DNA from: Phoronis australis
Taxonomy: Eukaryota > Animalia > Phoronida
Reading direction: 5' to 3'
Assembly: GCA_002633005.1 (NCBI GenBank)
Contig: NMRA01000492.1
Span: 261,890-325,889 of the forward strand
Length of the DNA: 64,000 nt
Part shown: positions 51,833 to 64,000 of the stretch, piece after piece
Position numbering within the stretch: the stretch's first letter is position 1
Layout of the letters: every line of letters begins with the position of its first letter
Translations under genes and position numbers: made by a program
The notes under the pieces: generated by a model
What the model was told of the DNA's origin: nothing
Databases searched by the model: none
The model's input: the letters and a program-made list of their open reading frames with translations, nothing else

Positions 51833-54265
51833 GTAGAGCCTACGTAGTTCTAATCACAAAACACCACCAAGCGCAAGTGACTGTTCACGAAGCCGGCTAC
51901 AAGTGCGTTAGCTACTTTAACGCTAATTATGCTTTAATATAGTAGCGGTTTGTCCCGATAATCCCAGCCCTTGCGTTACCGGTACTGCTGTTGGAATTTT
52001 ATCTGTCCTATGTTCACTCCGGCGTGATAGTAATGCCCTCTGCTCGGGAATGAATTCAATTAAAATTTTATGGGTGTTGGCAGATCTTCGCTACAGGCCC
52101 AGGTGTCGTTTTACAAATCACGCCATCATGGGTGGTCAAACAATCCATGAAAGTGACGGAACAGGGGGAAACGGAGCAACTTTGATTAAAGATTAATAGG
52201 TTCACTCACTGTTTTAGATGGTTTCAAAACTATTAACCTTGGTTCGAGAGAGCCGAAACATTTCATTTAGAATAAATAGAAAATAGGCTAGTAATTGTAA
52301 TGTGCGTTGGGAGACAAAGATATATCTAAAACATTTTAACATATACTGCACGACAAACTAAGATGTGGATTTTTGCACTTTGCAAAATTTGTTTTACTTG
52401 ATAATGAACAACATCGTTTTGGCGATTCGGGCGCATGGCAAAGCAAAGGTCATGGCTGCTTCGGGAGGAAGGTAAGAGGGCTGCAGGTTCACTGAAAAAA
52501 ATTGAATCCGTGAACCTGAAATCTGACTTGGTCACAGAACGTCAGTCTCATCACCGGTGCTTTTTAATTAGCTGTTAATAAAAATACAAAGCGTGACACT
52601 GTGGCGATTAGGCGAAAGTCGGAGAATATACAGTTTATATGCATATTGAAACCGCGTTCAAGCTTAGCAAATGTTTCGACTATCAAGTAAACGCAATCCT
52701 CCTCGATAACTATAGACAGCGATATCAGTCAGTACATTACATCGGCAGCAGTTTTAAATGATGTGTAAATCAAATTTACGTCCTGATCATGCGGAAAAGC
52801 ACACTGTCCAAAATGCCGAGAATAATGGCCAATGCTGCTAAAATCGACACATGTCCGAAATTTCAGAAATAGTGGTGAATGCCAAATTCGACCATTTCCC
52901 AAACTTCAGAATCAAAACAATCTATTTGGGGTTGGATCATGTAGGTGTCCAAAATTCGAGAGATTGTCCTAAGTTCGGAAATTTATTTTTGCATGATATG
53001 TATTGAAACCGTGTTTAAGATTCGTCAGGTTAGATTGTTTTGATGACAACTGTGATCAGTACCCAAGTGGTGTGTTTTGAGTCACAGAATATGTAAATAA
53101 AAGATTTAAATCCAAATCCATTATCGTTTTCTTCGAGTTTATTTATAGAAAACCAATTACAAGAATTGAGAATTCATCCAAATACGAACATAATAAAGAA
53201 AATGAATGTTGTCTAGATGTATCCACAGAGTCTGAGTTAAGGAAAATACTGTTTGTATTATTACTTCTCAACTCCATCTTGGTGAATACCTCATTTTTAA
53301 TCATTTAAGGATATTCTACAAAGTTTCATGTAAGGAAAAGCAAAATGTTGTTTGTAAATGCTCCCGGGTAGTTCGAATGTAATTATGCCTGAAAGTGAAC
53401 TCGCGATTGATTAAGTCTACTAACGGGAACAGAGAATTGTACAATCTGAGTGTAGACAGGTCCTACGTATTATTTTTTCTGGAGTATCCTTAATTCATAC
53501 CAGTTATTTATTTCTATGTTATCGGAGGTTCTGAGACTCGGCTAAGACGATGCATCGTGTGGCGTATGAACTTGAATTCAAAAAGAAGTTTAACACTATA
53601 GAATACATGGCCTTTGCACAGTAAGACACCAAACAAAGTTTAACAATTAATGTTCTGTTCTGGCCCCAGCTATGAATGATATCTGTAAAACATCCTTTTG
53701 CTATCAGAGATGTAGGTTTTAAATGTTTAAACTTCCTTCTTTTTTACTTAGGATAAGCATGCCTCGTGCTATGAGAGTGAAATGAAGAGTTATATTTACA
53801 AGTGTAAAACACTGCCAACTGAAAAAGGCTTAGATGTCTAAGCTTGGCTGAAAGTAGTGCTTTTTCTGGTGGTATAGCTTGGTGTTTAGTAACAGGCATA
53901 GGTATGCCTATATTCACCCAAGCCTACAGTGTAAATATCTCCACAATAGCCCTTTATTATGAAAGTCAATGTAGGCACAATAGAGACAGGTACAAAATCA
54001 GATAAGAGATAATTATCCCCAGTGACTTTCCCCGAGTGGTTGGCCGTAATGTTCTTTGAGCAGTCCCTCGTTAAGTTCCTAAAATCGGTAGCTCGCCATT
54101 TTCACTCTGCGCACGACAGGGAATATGATGTCAAACCACCTCTCACGCTCGGTGTTAAAATGGTTTCAATTTAGCACCCATAATACCACAGTCTGTGAAC
54201 TTAAGACACCTGTTTTGCGTACCCTTATTTTGTATATTAATTGGCTGTCATTTTCAGCTCCATCA

Positions 54266-57200
54266 ATGATGCGAATGTGCTGGCTGGCGTCATTAGTCAT
54301 CATTTTCCGTTTGATCTCAGTTGTTTGTGATACAGCTGGCAGTAGGAGGACTTTGAAGTGGGACCCTAAAGGCTATGTGTTCTATTGTCCGTGTATGGGT
54401 GAGTTGAAAGGGAACAAGTTGAAGTTATGGTTGTGACTTGTACCCATGGTTGACACAGACCTTGAAAAGTACTTGATTTGTGAGCAGAACATCAGAAGTA
54501 CTGTACAAGACGAAGGTAATTAGACAAAATACCATTTACCTGTCGTGACATCTGAATCTGTTAACAGCAACAAACGACTGGCAATAATTATCAGGGCAGC
54601 GAACTTCTGATTATAGAAGGGTGTATCCACGTTACTTGATTTCCTATTAATTTTCCTTCATTCTGGGTCATGAGCAGGGCTCGACATAACGAGCTGCAGG
54701 TCGCATTTGCGACCTGAAATTTGGAAATGCGAGCTGAGATTTTTGTCAGCTCCTATCAAGTCGCAAAATGCGACCTGGAATTTCCAACGAATGCGAGCTG
54801 AGTTTTTACACTTCTCAACAGATTCCTGGCAAATACAAAGCAGCTCTTGTTAATCCGACCGTTATTTGGTTGTTGCCAAATCCAAGTTCAAAACAACACT
54901 AACCGAGAACAGCCCTCCCGATGACTTGTAAGCAAGTCGCGTGAACATGGGATATGCACAATCGATCTTTGATGCGTTTCATTGGCTAACACTTTCGGCC
55001 ACTTTTGTAAATTCCCAGATTCGCCGAAGAAGTTTCGGGCCACTGCTTAACATGTGATAAAACTTCACAAAACAACGGTGTTGCTACTAATTCTTAAGCG
55101 ATCAACTTACCAAACTTTGTGGTGGACACAAGATGTCCTTATTACATGTACCAAATATCCACGACAATATCCCTGATATCGCACTGCGGCACCGTTAGCA
55201 CGCAAGCGGTCCCAGCAGACAGTCGTGACTTAGACTGAGATGTGCTTCTCCTTTCTATCGTATTAAGACAGCCAAAGTGAAAATGACAACCTCATTAATC
55301 GCCAAACGACGGTCACGTCTTTACTTTCAGTTGCCAAGAAATTCTCAAACCCTTTACTTGTTTCTGGGGCTACGTGCACGAAATATGATTTGTCTTTCAC
55401 ACGTTGTTGCCAACGTAAAGTGTAGGCCTACTCCAGCGATTCAAGTGCGTGAACTCAAGCGTGCGCACCACTTCAAAGAACAGCGACAGTCCTAAATGAA
55501 AGAATATACTGGCTTGGCTCTGGTTTATTTGAAAATAAACTCAGATTCCCAGCGGTTATAAAAGACCCGATGTCCCGGGACCGATATAACCCAGAACTGG
55601 CGTTTTCCTGTTCCGATGTTTCCCGAGGTCGATGTTCTGTAAACCCTGTATTCTATGCCCGTAGCCAGCTATTGCAACTAAACTGGCACTAGATGCGAAA
55701 TTGTGGTTCAAGTTAGCGAACTTTTCATTCTTCTCTTTATACACCCCCCGGCAACTTTTCGCTCCCCGAAGCACCGTCGCCGTAAAATGTTCAGACTCCT
55801 ATAGAAACAACCTTGTTCCGGCTGAAGCGGGCAGTTAAAAACAAAATTATTCCGGGTGGCTAAAAAGGGTACAATGTAGGTGGCAACGATATCCAGGAAG
55901 TCACCCCTACTAGATGGAGTTTGCCGCGCTAAATCGTATTATTATAACGTTTCTTACCATTGCAGCGTTTTAATATCTTATTATAACTGCAAACACTGAG
56001 GTTAACGACTATGCTCACGCACAAGCTTACTCCCTACCTTTAAAGTGTTTCATAATAAGCGCTCACTGATCTATCAAAAGACCCCCTTAAATTTTGAGAA
56101 TTTCCAATTATGCGCCCACACTTCACGCTAGCGCCCATCATAGCGCACTACAAACGACCGCGTGTGGTTTAAAATTGACATGCAGCTTACATGGTGTGTC
56201 ACTTTCATTTTACACAACTCCAGTTTTCAAAAACGTCTTTTCACAATATGTAAAAACCAAATCCCGGCTTTGTTTTATACCTCAGAAAGAAAGTTAACAC
56301 TAGTGACATGCGTGTCGTTTTGTGACTGACCTATTTTTCCCGTACTTGGAAGGTATTGCGGAGCAAACTCGCCATTACCCAAGATAGTTTGAATCGTTAA
56401 CGACTGTGATGACAGCCAGTAGCAGGCCAGATCTAACAAAATCCCGGATACTTTTTCAACAGCCATTTTCTCCCTTTTCACATCGCAAATTTAGCTATTC
56501 GAATGCACAAGTCAGTTAGAGAGCACTGATTCAACTTTCACGTCGGCAACTTGTCTTGCGCTCTAGAGTCTTTCAATGGCGGTCGTGAAGAACAGTAAGG
56601 CCGTACCTGCATGAATGAAGTCAATTTTAAGATCCGAAATTTGTGAGTATTTAACGCTGCAGGTAAGAGCATAATCTAAACATTTTCTCGATGATCTAAA
56701 AAATCTATTTTGGCGCGTAAAAATGGCGGGAAAATTTTGCGACCTGGCATTTACTAATGCGAGCTGGATTTTGAAAATGCGACCTGGGATTTTGGCTAGG
56801 TCACAAAATGCGACCTGGCGATTTTAATAGCGTCGAGCCCTGATGAGAGTAGACTGTTCTGTCAAAGTCAGCTTCTGCACAGCCGTCACGACGGGACATT
56901 CTTGGTCATTTTGTTTGATTGCTTTTGACTCGTGCTGTAAGTGGACATTAATTTCTTGGTATTTATTTTTCGTTTTTGACTTAAGGTTGTCAAAAGTCAC
57001 GTGGTAAGAACTTGAGGTCATTATTGCTTGAGGCCTGGTTCTGTAAGTTCTCCAATCACAACGGGTCATTTTATGTCCCAAGCATGGTACCAAATACTAA
57101 CGAAGTGTTAGATGGTTGTTTCCTAGCTGAGATGTTTTCACCTCATCTGAGAAGGAATACATTTGCAAGACCAGTGTTATAGCGGTGAGTCCAAATAAAA

Positions 57201-60200
57201 ATCCAAATAGTTTCTTCTACAGAAGGATGGTTGATATCAGCTTTACGGTTATTCTGAAGCAGTCGGCAGTCACATGATGCCATGCATGTTTTGAAATGTT
57301 GCGGAATTACTTTGATCACGTTCCTATTTCAGGTCGTTTTGGTAATCAAGCCGATCATTTTCTGGGTGCTCTAGCCTTTGCAAAGTCGCTGGACAGAACA
57401 CTTATACTACCTCCATGGAGGACCTACGTAAGCTGTGTTCATTTTGTCCTCAAAGAAAGCTCATTGATGAAACAGTATTCTGTTATCAATATGTCAACCT
57501 CAGTAATGCATGGAACGTATGTTGCAAATTCAGAAATCCAATCATATTTAGTAGTAGGAGATCAAGGGTAAGATGCCCACTGCTAAGCCTGACTGGATTT
57601 TTGTGTTTGGCCAGTGGTCCAGATGGCTCAGTGCACAGTTAGCATAAGGTCCTGGGTTCGAGTCCTGGTCAGGGGCAGAAATCTTCTTAGACTTACATTC
57701 ATTAGGCCATGGGCGTGCTGACCAGAGTTAAAATATTTGCAGTAATTTGTTAGTTTGTCTGCAAGGGTCTAGGGGCTGAAGAGCCCCAGGTTATGACGGG
57801 CTGTACTGTCGTGCTAGGGAGACTGGTATGATATACTTTTAGCATTGTGAGCCTCATCCCAGGTTTCGAAGTGGCTTTAAGCCCACTTTCCATCACAAAA
57901 ATCGTATTTTGTTTGACGCCCCTTGCTGTGATATGAAGTTGGTTTAAAATTGTTTCTCGGTCATATTGGAGGTGATTCCAGGGCTGTGAAAGAACTAAGA
58001 GTTCGTTATTGTTTGAGTTCAGGCTCAACAGATGGGGTGTCGTGGCAAGTTATTTCATTGATTGAGTCCAGACTCTGCATGTTGGCTTGTCGTGGCAAGT
58101 CATTTAATTGTTTGAGTCCAGGCTCTGCTTATTGGCTTGTCGTGGCAAGTCATTTTATTGTTTGAGTCCAGGTTCTGCATGTTGGCTTGTCGTGGCAAGT
58201 CATTTTATTGTTTGAGTCCAGGCTCTGCTTGTTGGCTTGTCATGGCAAGTCATTTTGTTTGCCAATCATGGTCTTATAACAGACTGTCAGATTGTTGCAA
58301 ACCATGAATTCACTTCTCATCTGAGTAAGTTGAGACAATTTTTGCATCAATAATTGACGAAATCAAAGGTTAACTTCAAGGATGGAATGGTGATTTATAA
58401 CGACCGCTTCGTCAAAATTAAAAATATTTTTAATAATGACATTAAAAATTTGAAAAATGTCATAGAACAATAATTATAATAATAATGATATTGCACTGGC
58501 TAGTAGAGCCTTCATATTTTTATTTAAATCATATTGTTTACTTGATCAGTGCAATAATCGATAGGTATGAACTCTGAGATACACTTATTATATATAGTAT
58601 GTAAACATCATAGTATTGGAAGATGCTCAATATAGTAGCAACATACTCACCTATGTTAACACTACTTACCTATAACTCTTATCAAATTGTGATATTTTTG
58701 TACATTTTATATAAATATTCAAACATGTTTGGTGCAATTCAATGAGTTATGGAATTGTGAGTCGTAGAACAGATGAGAAGATGGGTGTGTGGTCTTGTCA
58801 TTATCCTCGTTTGTAAAGGTGAGCCAAACATTTCAACCAATCTTTTCTGCTCCATAATGGGATTGTTGATCAGAAGGTATTCTCTGTTCACTGAAACTCC
58901 TACCTGCTGTCTACTTCAGAAAAACATTCCATTCACCGACTGGTTTCAACTGGAGCCTCTGACCAAGTATCACCATGTGGTTCTGGCCGAGGACTTCATG
59001 GAGCAGTTGGCACCGACCTATTGGCCTGTGGGTCAAAGGACAGGCTGGTGTTGGCTGCCTCCATCATCGGACAAGAAGTGTGAGATGAAACAGGGTAGGT
59101 GGCACTGGTGTAGTACGTTAGTTGATGCATCGTGGAATGTTATTAATAACAAGTGAAATGTTCCCCCTTTAAGTAACTTACTGGTTGAGGTGCTCCACTA
59201 AAAGGGCAGCAATCGATGCTGGCAGCCATTTGTCAAGCGCAAACATGATTTCATGGTCATGGTATGCCAATGTATTCTTTTGGGAATACCTGCAGTTCAC
59301 CAGTTCATGCTAGTGCATTGTATTCATTCTAGTGCACTGTATTCATTCAGTACGAGTAATTGATAGAATACGCTAAGATTATAGTAAATGGTGGTATATT
59401 TTGAGAATGCAATCAGTCATACCGAAGTATGAGAGTTTACAGCGATGATTGCATTCCACTCGTATGATCTGGTGGGATGCACGCATTCTCAAAGAACATG
59501 TTGACATTACATACATGGTTAGAAAATGCTTTTTAAACTTTGACAGATATTAGCTATCTAACTCATTGGATGGGCACTATGCAAGATAACACAACCTGGC
59601 ATTAAAATAATATTAAAATGGCCGATTGTTCATGAAGCTTGGCCAAGGTTGGTCAAATTACATAATGGACTCACTGCACTAGCATTGAAGATGCAGTGAA
59701 AGACTGAGGTGCGCATTGAAAAGAATGCTCTTATGTCACTCCGACCTCAGTAACCCATTCACGGTTTGATTAATATGAGATTATCCTTGGCTTGAAAATG
59801 TCTACATGTTCACATTGCTCCAAATATGTTTTAATAATTTAGAAAATGTTATTTGCTGTCTGTGAAAGTAAAGTGTGACTCAACTTGTTTGCTTGGAAAT
59901 GTTATTGTGTTATATTTTTGTGTGAAACCAGAACAGGGGGTCTTGGAAGTGCTCCGCTCATTCCCCTGCTTTTCATTTTCAGGTAACCCATTTGGCCCAT
60001 TCTGGGACGGACTTGGTGTGGATTTCGATGACTACATTGTCTATCACCTGTCATACCAGGAATCTGAGAGTGGCCGTTGGAAGGAACAGTGAGTTACACA
60101 CAACCACATATTTATTTTTATGCACCCACATATTTATATGGATTTTAATGGATTTTCATGAAATTTGGCAATTAGTTATTTATTAGGAAGATGACGCCAC

Positions 60201-63095
60201 CTGCACGTTTTTAATTTTGAATGTATTCTATGTATTTTGCAACTCCTATTGGCCATTTTTACTGCTCCTCTATTGGCCAAACTGCTGTAAGGATGAATAT
60301 GAAAATTTACATGCTTCACTGTGAAGAGGATGGCTGGCAGTGACTTTCAGATGACTCCGACTACAATGTTGGCTACTGGTAGTTTTTATTATGTTTTAGG
60401 CATCCATCTCTATTGTCCATACTACTGTAAGAATCATTATTAAAATTGGTAAATGTGTTGAAACTCAGAAAAGCATGGCTAATATTTTTTAACAATTTTC
60501 ACTACTGTGGCACCAGGTCACACTGCTAAACCCTTGAGCCAGGTTTCTAGCTCCTCAGCTCGGTTTTAACCATATATTAATAAAGCATAACAATATTTCC
60601 ATGTGATCAGTGCAATGGGCCCACATGCGAGGCACATGAGGTACAACGTGTATCAGACCGCCTGCAATTATTATTTTATCCCCTAGTGGCAGTTGTTTTT
60701 TTCACATAGGCAGCTGTCTCTCCCTGCTGGATCTTTGTGAAATTTGAAACATGGCAACGGATGATGAAATCACCATTATTGTTGATATATTTTTTGAAAA
60801 TACTTTTTAGCTTGTTTGAAAAATTAGTTGAGGACTATTTTCAGGAAAACATATTAAGTACAACCATCAAAATCCGCATCCTTACTAGCTTAACAACTAT
60901 CAGTATCTTCAAAAAAGAGATGTTTTAGAACATGAAATAAGAGACATATTACAGATCAAAATCCGCCTCCATACAAGCATATCAGCTATCAGTATCTTCA
61001 AAGAAGAGACGTTTTAGAACATGAAATGAGAGACACATATAACATAAATTATGTAGGGAATAAATTAGAAATGAATTAAATAGTAATATACTTCAACAGG
61101 ACATTGCGGTTATAAAATGTAAGTAAATATCATGTATACAATGAGGGGAGATTAATATCACGCATCTGTTTAAAAACATTAAGTTTTGTGTGTTTGTTTC
61201 TGATAAGGACAATTTTCATTTACTTTTTTGAATAATTACTGGTAGTACAATTTTTCTTTACTTAAAACATTTTGTTATTGGTTGTTTTCATCAGGTACCC
61301 ACCAGATAAGTACCCAGTGATGACATTCAAGGGAGCCCCAGCACGTTACCCTGTTGTGCCTGAACACCGCGAGCTACAGGGCTACCTCAAGTGGTCCGAT
61401 GCCATCGACAGTGTGGCGCAGGACTATGTAGATCGCACATTCCATGGAGACAAGTTTGTGGGTGTACACCTCAGGAACGGAGTGGACTGGGTATGACGAA
61501 TAGTCACCGTATTTTATGCAATCTTGCCATTTTGCAGAAATCCGGTAAAGTTTCACCAGTTGTGGACAAACATTATTTCAAATTAATGTAAAAAACTAGC
61601 CTCCTTCCATTCTCCAAAGGCTTCTAACATTGTTGTAAAGGTCCACAATTTCTCAAAACACTGTCAGTTAATTGCTATGGCATAAAATTTCCAGCTTATA
61701 AAGCATTTATTTGATGCTTCTTATCTGGTCAGGAATAAAATGGGTGAAAAAATGGAATTTTATTGGTCTGTCATGTTTTGACATTAATTGGTAAGATTTG
61801 CTGTAATCTCAGAAATAAGCTGTGAAGAAATTGAATGATGATAGATTGCCACTTTACAAACCTGATAAGAAATAAAAAGTTCAGACGTTATTGTAACTTC
61901 ATAGCCAGATAGTGGGGCTGTCTTGTAAGTTAATAAATGTTAAGCAAAATTCATAAAACTCCGCTTGTGTTTTGTATTATTTTCAGTGGCACACCCTTCT
62001 GCCATGTCTGCAGTGATTTTGAATGAAGAGCAGGTTGACCTGAACCAGGGATTAGGAATCTGATTTTTTCGAAGTGAATAGTCACATTAAAATGTTAAAA
62101 TCATCTTAACCATGATGTATGCTGCTGAAACCGTCAGCATCCCGATTATTCTGACCTTTCCCTAAACTTACTTCTCTTTCAGTCCGCTGCCTGTGAGCAT
62201 GCCCCCGGTAGAGGTACATACATGGCCTCCCCACAGTGTGTGAACAAAGGGGAGGTCGTTACCAAGGAGATCTGCTTCCCGTCTCCAGAGACTATACTCA
62301 GGTGGGTTCGCCTTTATTGCGGGTCACGTACCCGGAAAGTAGAAAATTTATTTCATTTTGTTCTTCACTGTATCTTTGAAGTCACACATGCAATACAGTT
62401 AACAGCAAGGTCACAAATCACATATTTACAATGAAATTGTCAAATAACTTTGTTCTTCAAGCAAAACGCCTGCAATATAAATAAGCTTATATTTTGAATG
62501 ACAAATTTTCTAATATGACTGTTTTCTTTTTTCGGTGTTTTTCCAATTTCTTTGGTTGAAGAAGTGATTTTTCAAAAATTTACAGAGATGTAACAAAATT
62601 TGTCTTAAGAAAATTTAATCATTTACATCTTCCTTGGTTCTTTGTCTAACTCTACCTTTTTGTATCAAATAAGTCAAGTTTCACTCACATGCATAATGTT
62701 TTTTAAAATTTGCTTGTCAGTTTTACTCCAGTATTTTGCATTGAAACGCAACTTCAGAGTAGATGTGCAGAAATGTACGCAAGGAGTGCACGCTGTATTT
62801 TATTGGATTGTTTCTAGTGTGTTCACTGTTACCCTTCCCGAACAGTAGATGGAGTGGCTACCATCTAACCACTGGTGTTCAACATGTTTTAAGCAGTTTT
62901 GTTGGCTTCATGTAGAACACTTGAATTTGTGCAAACTACTGCATTCAACATAAAATTTTTGTTTCATTGACTCTGGTGTGTGGTATTAGAGCTATTAAAG
63001 ACGCCGTCCTATCCACTGGTGCTAAACATGTGTTCGTCGCCACAGACAAGAACCCTATGACAAGTGACATAAGAGATTACTTGCAGGAACATAAG
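54266..63095 (+). CDS. POFUT1: GDP-fucose protein O-fucosyltransferase 1, first 7 coding exons (310 aa; 3' end beyond the right edge)
   Basis: Exons 54266-54398, 57333-57427, 58920-59094, 59983-60088, 61295-61490, 62183-62301, 62990-63095, all GT-AG and in phase. Signal peptide, then [71 protein letters not shown]. Confidence 0.95.
54675..56842. mobile_element. Non-autonomous hAT-like transposon with 5-bp TSD in the first POFUT1 coding intron
   Basis: atgag|CAGGGCTCGAC ... GTCGAGCCCTG|atgag, with multiple subterminal aatgcga(c/g)ctg repeats at both ends. Confidence 0.85.
57605..57685 (+). mobile_element. tRNA-derived SINE head
   Basis: B box GGTTCGAGTCC and homology to the 40484-40556 copy. 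Confidence 0.55.
58007..58256. repeat. Tandem repeat, 50-bp unit x5
   Basis: attgtttgagtccaggctctgc(a/t)tgttggcttgtcgtggcaagtcatttt repeated. Confidence 0.9.
60866..61040. repeat. Tandem duplication, ~90-bp unit x2
   Basis: atcaaaatccgc..cc.tac.agc...tatcagtatcttcaaa..agaga.gttttagaacatgaaat.agagaca occurs twice. Confidence 0.85.
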
Positions 63096-64000
63096 GTACG
63101 AGGCAGCCTTCCAAACTATATCTCCTTACAGGTAATAGTCACTAACAGGGGTCTCGTATTCTGGGAGCCAGTTTGGAGCTCGTTATTCAGTGAAGAAGAC
63201 TCAGGTTCTCAAAATGCGGAACCTTTGTAAATGACTAGTACCGTACTTGCATATGTCTGCTTCATTTTCAGTGATGAAACTATATTATTGTTGGTGTTAG
63301 TGTTATGTCTAATTGTGCCACACCCTGCTTACATTGCTGGTAAATTTCAAATCAAAATTCTGCCTCGTGTCATTACCCATGGTGTATCACACACGCACGC
63401 TGCATCAGAGAACTGCAAACTAATTTTAGGCTGTGTGAAGCTTATCTGGACAAGGAAATTGGTTTCTGTCAAGATGAATATTTTGACTGCTCACAACAGC
63501 TATGAATCCCATTATACCTGAATTATGCTCAAAACTTCCAAAGTGACAAAGTAAGAAATATGAGGTATGGTTTTGCACTTGACCGTGAACTCATCAAACA
63601 TGTTGAAAATAACCTTCGGTTTCTAAATAAAAAGTGTTTCAATTAAGACATCTAGGTTATTTAATAAATTTCACGATAGACTGACAACAGAATACACAAT
63701 TATTATACTAGATAGTTATCTTCACGATGTCTTCATGCATCAGTCTTGACCAATCTCTTTGTGAAGTGACGTGCTTTTAGTTTTTGTCCATCAGGCTTGG
63801 TATGCTGCATGCATTCGGAGGCCCAAAATTTTCTCACTTACCTGTAAGCTCTTCCAAGTACATTGTACATTTGTGTGATAATAGGGAGTGTTGTCTTACC
63901 TTTGGTTTTAACTGTTTTGTACCATCCAGGGGCACCTAGAACCACCTGTTCTGTAATCTTGTTGGTTCTGAATAAACATTTTGTCATCTATCTTTCCCTC

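Overview
Intron-rich invertebrate (bilaterian, probably lophotrochozoan-type) genomic DNA with four protein-coding loci. (1) The 5' half of ECM29/ECPAS (minus strand, 21 coding exons from ATG 19582 down to 375, running off the left edge). (2) A complete 4-exon GPR157-like GPCR (plus, 24520-29814). (3) An uncharacterised minus-strand gene whose 3.77-kb last exon (35826-39595) encodes a Pol-beta-superfamily, GlnD/GlnE/DUF294-like nucleotidyltransferase, its helical substrate-binding domain and 13 almost identical 129-bp/43-aa TPR repeats. It is preceded by two duplicated 171-bp symmetric exons and a probable first coding exon near 49.2 kb. (4) The first 7 coding exons of POFUT1 (plus, 54266-63095, running off the right edge). 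Introns and intergenic DNA hold many TE relics (Harbinger, Kolobok, hAT-like with 5-bp TSDs, HIRAN-carrying pogo/Tc1-like elements, LINE fragments, tRNA-SINEs) and minisatellites. The standout candidate is the NTase-TPR gene: an enzymatic effector fused to a repeat array whose unit-to-unit differences are almost all non-synonymous, suggesting an uncharacterised variable-sensor (immune/conflict) system. All gene and family calls come from manual reading and recalled motifs; no database search was run.
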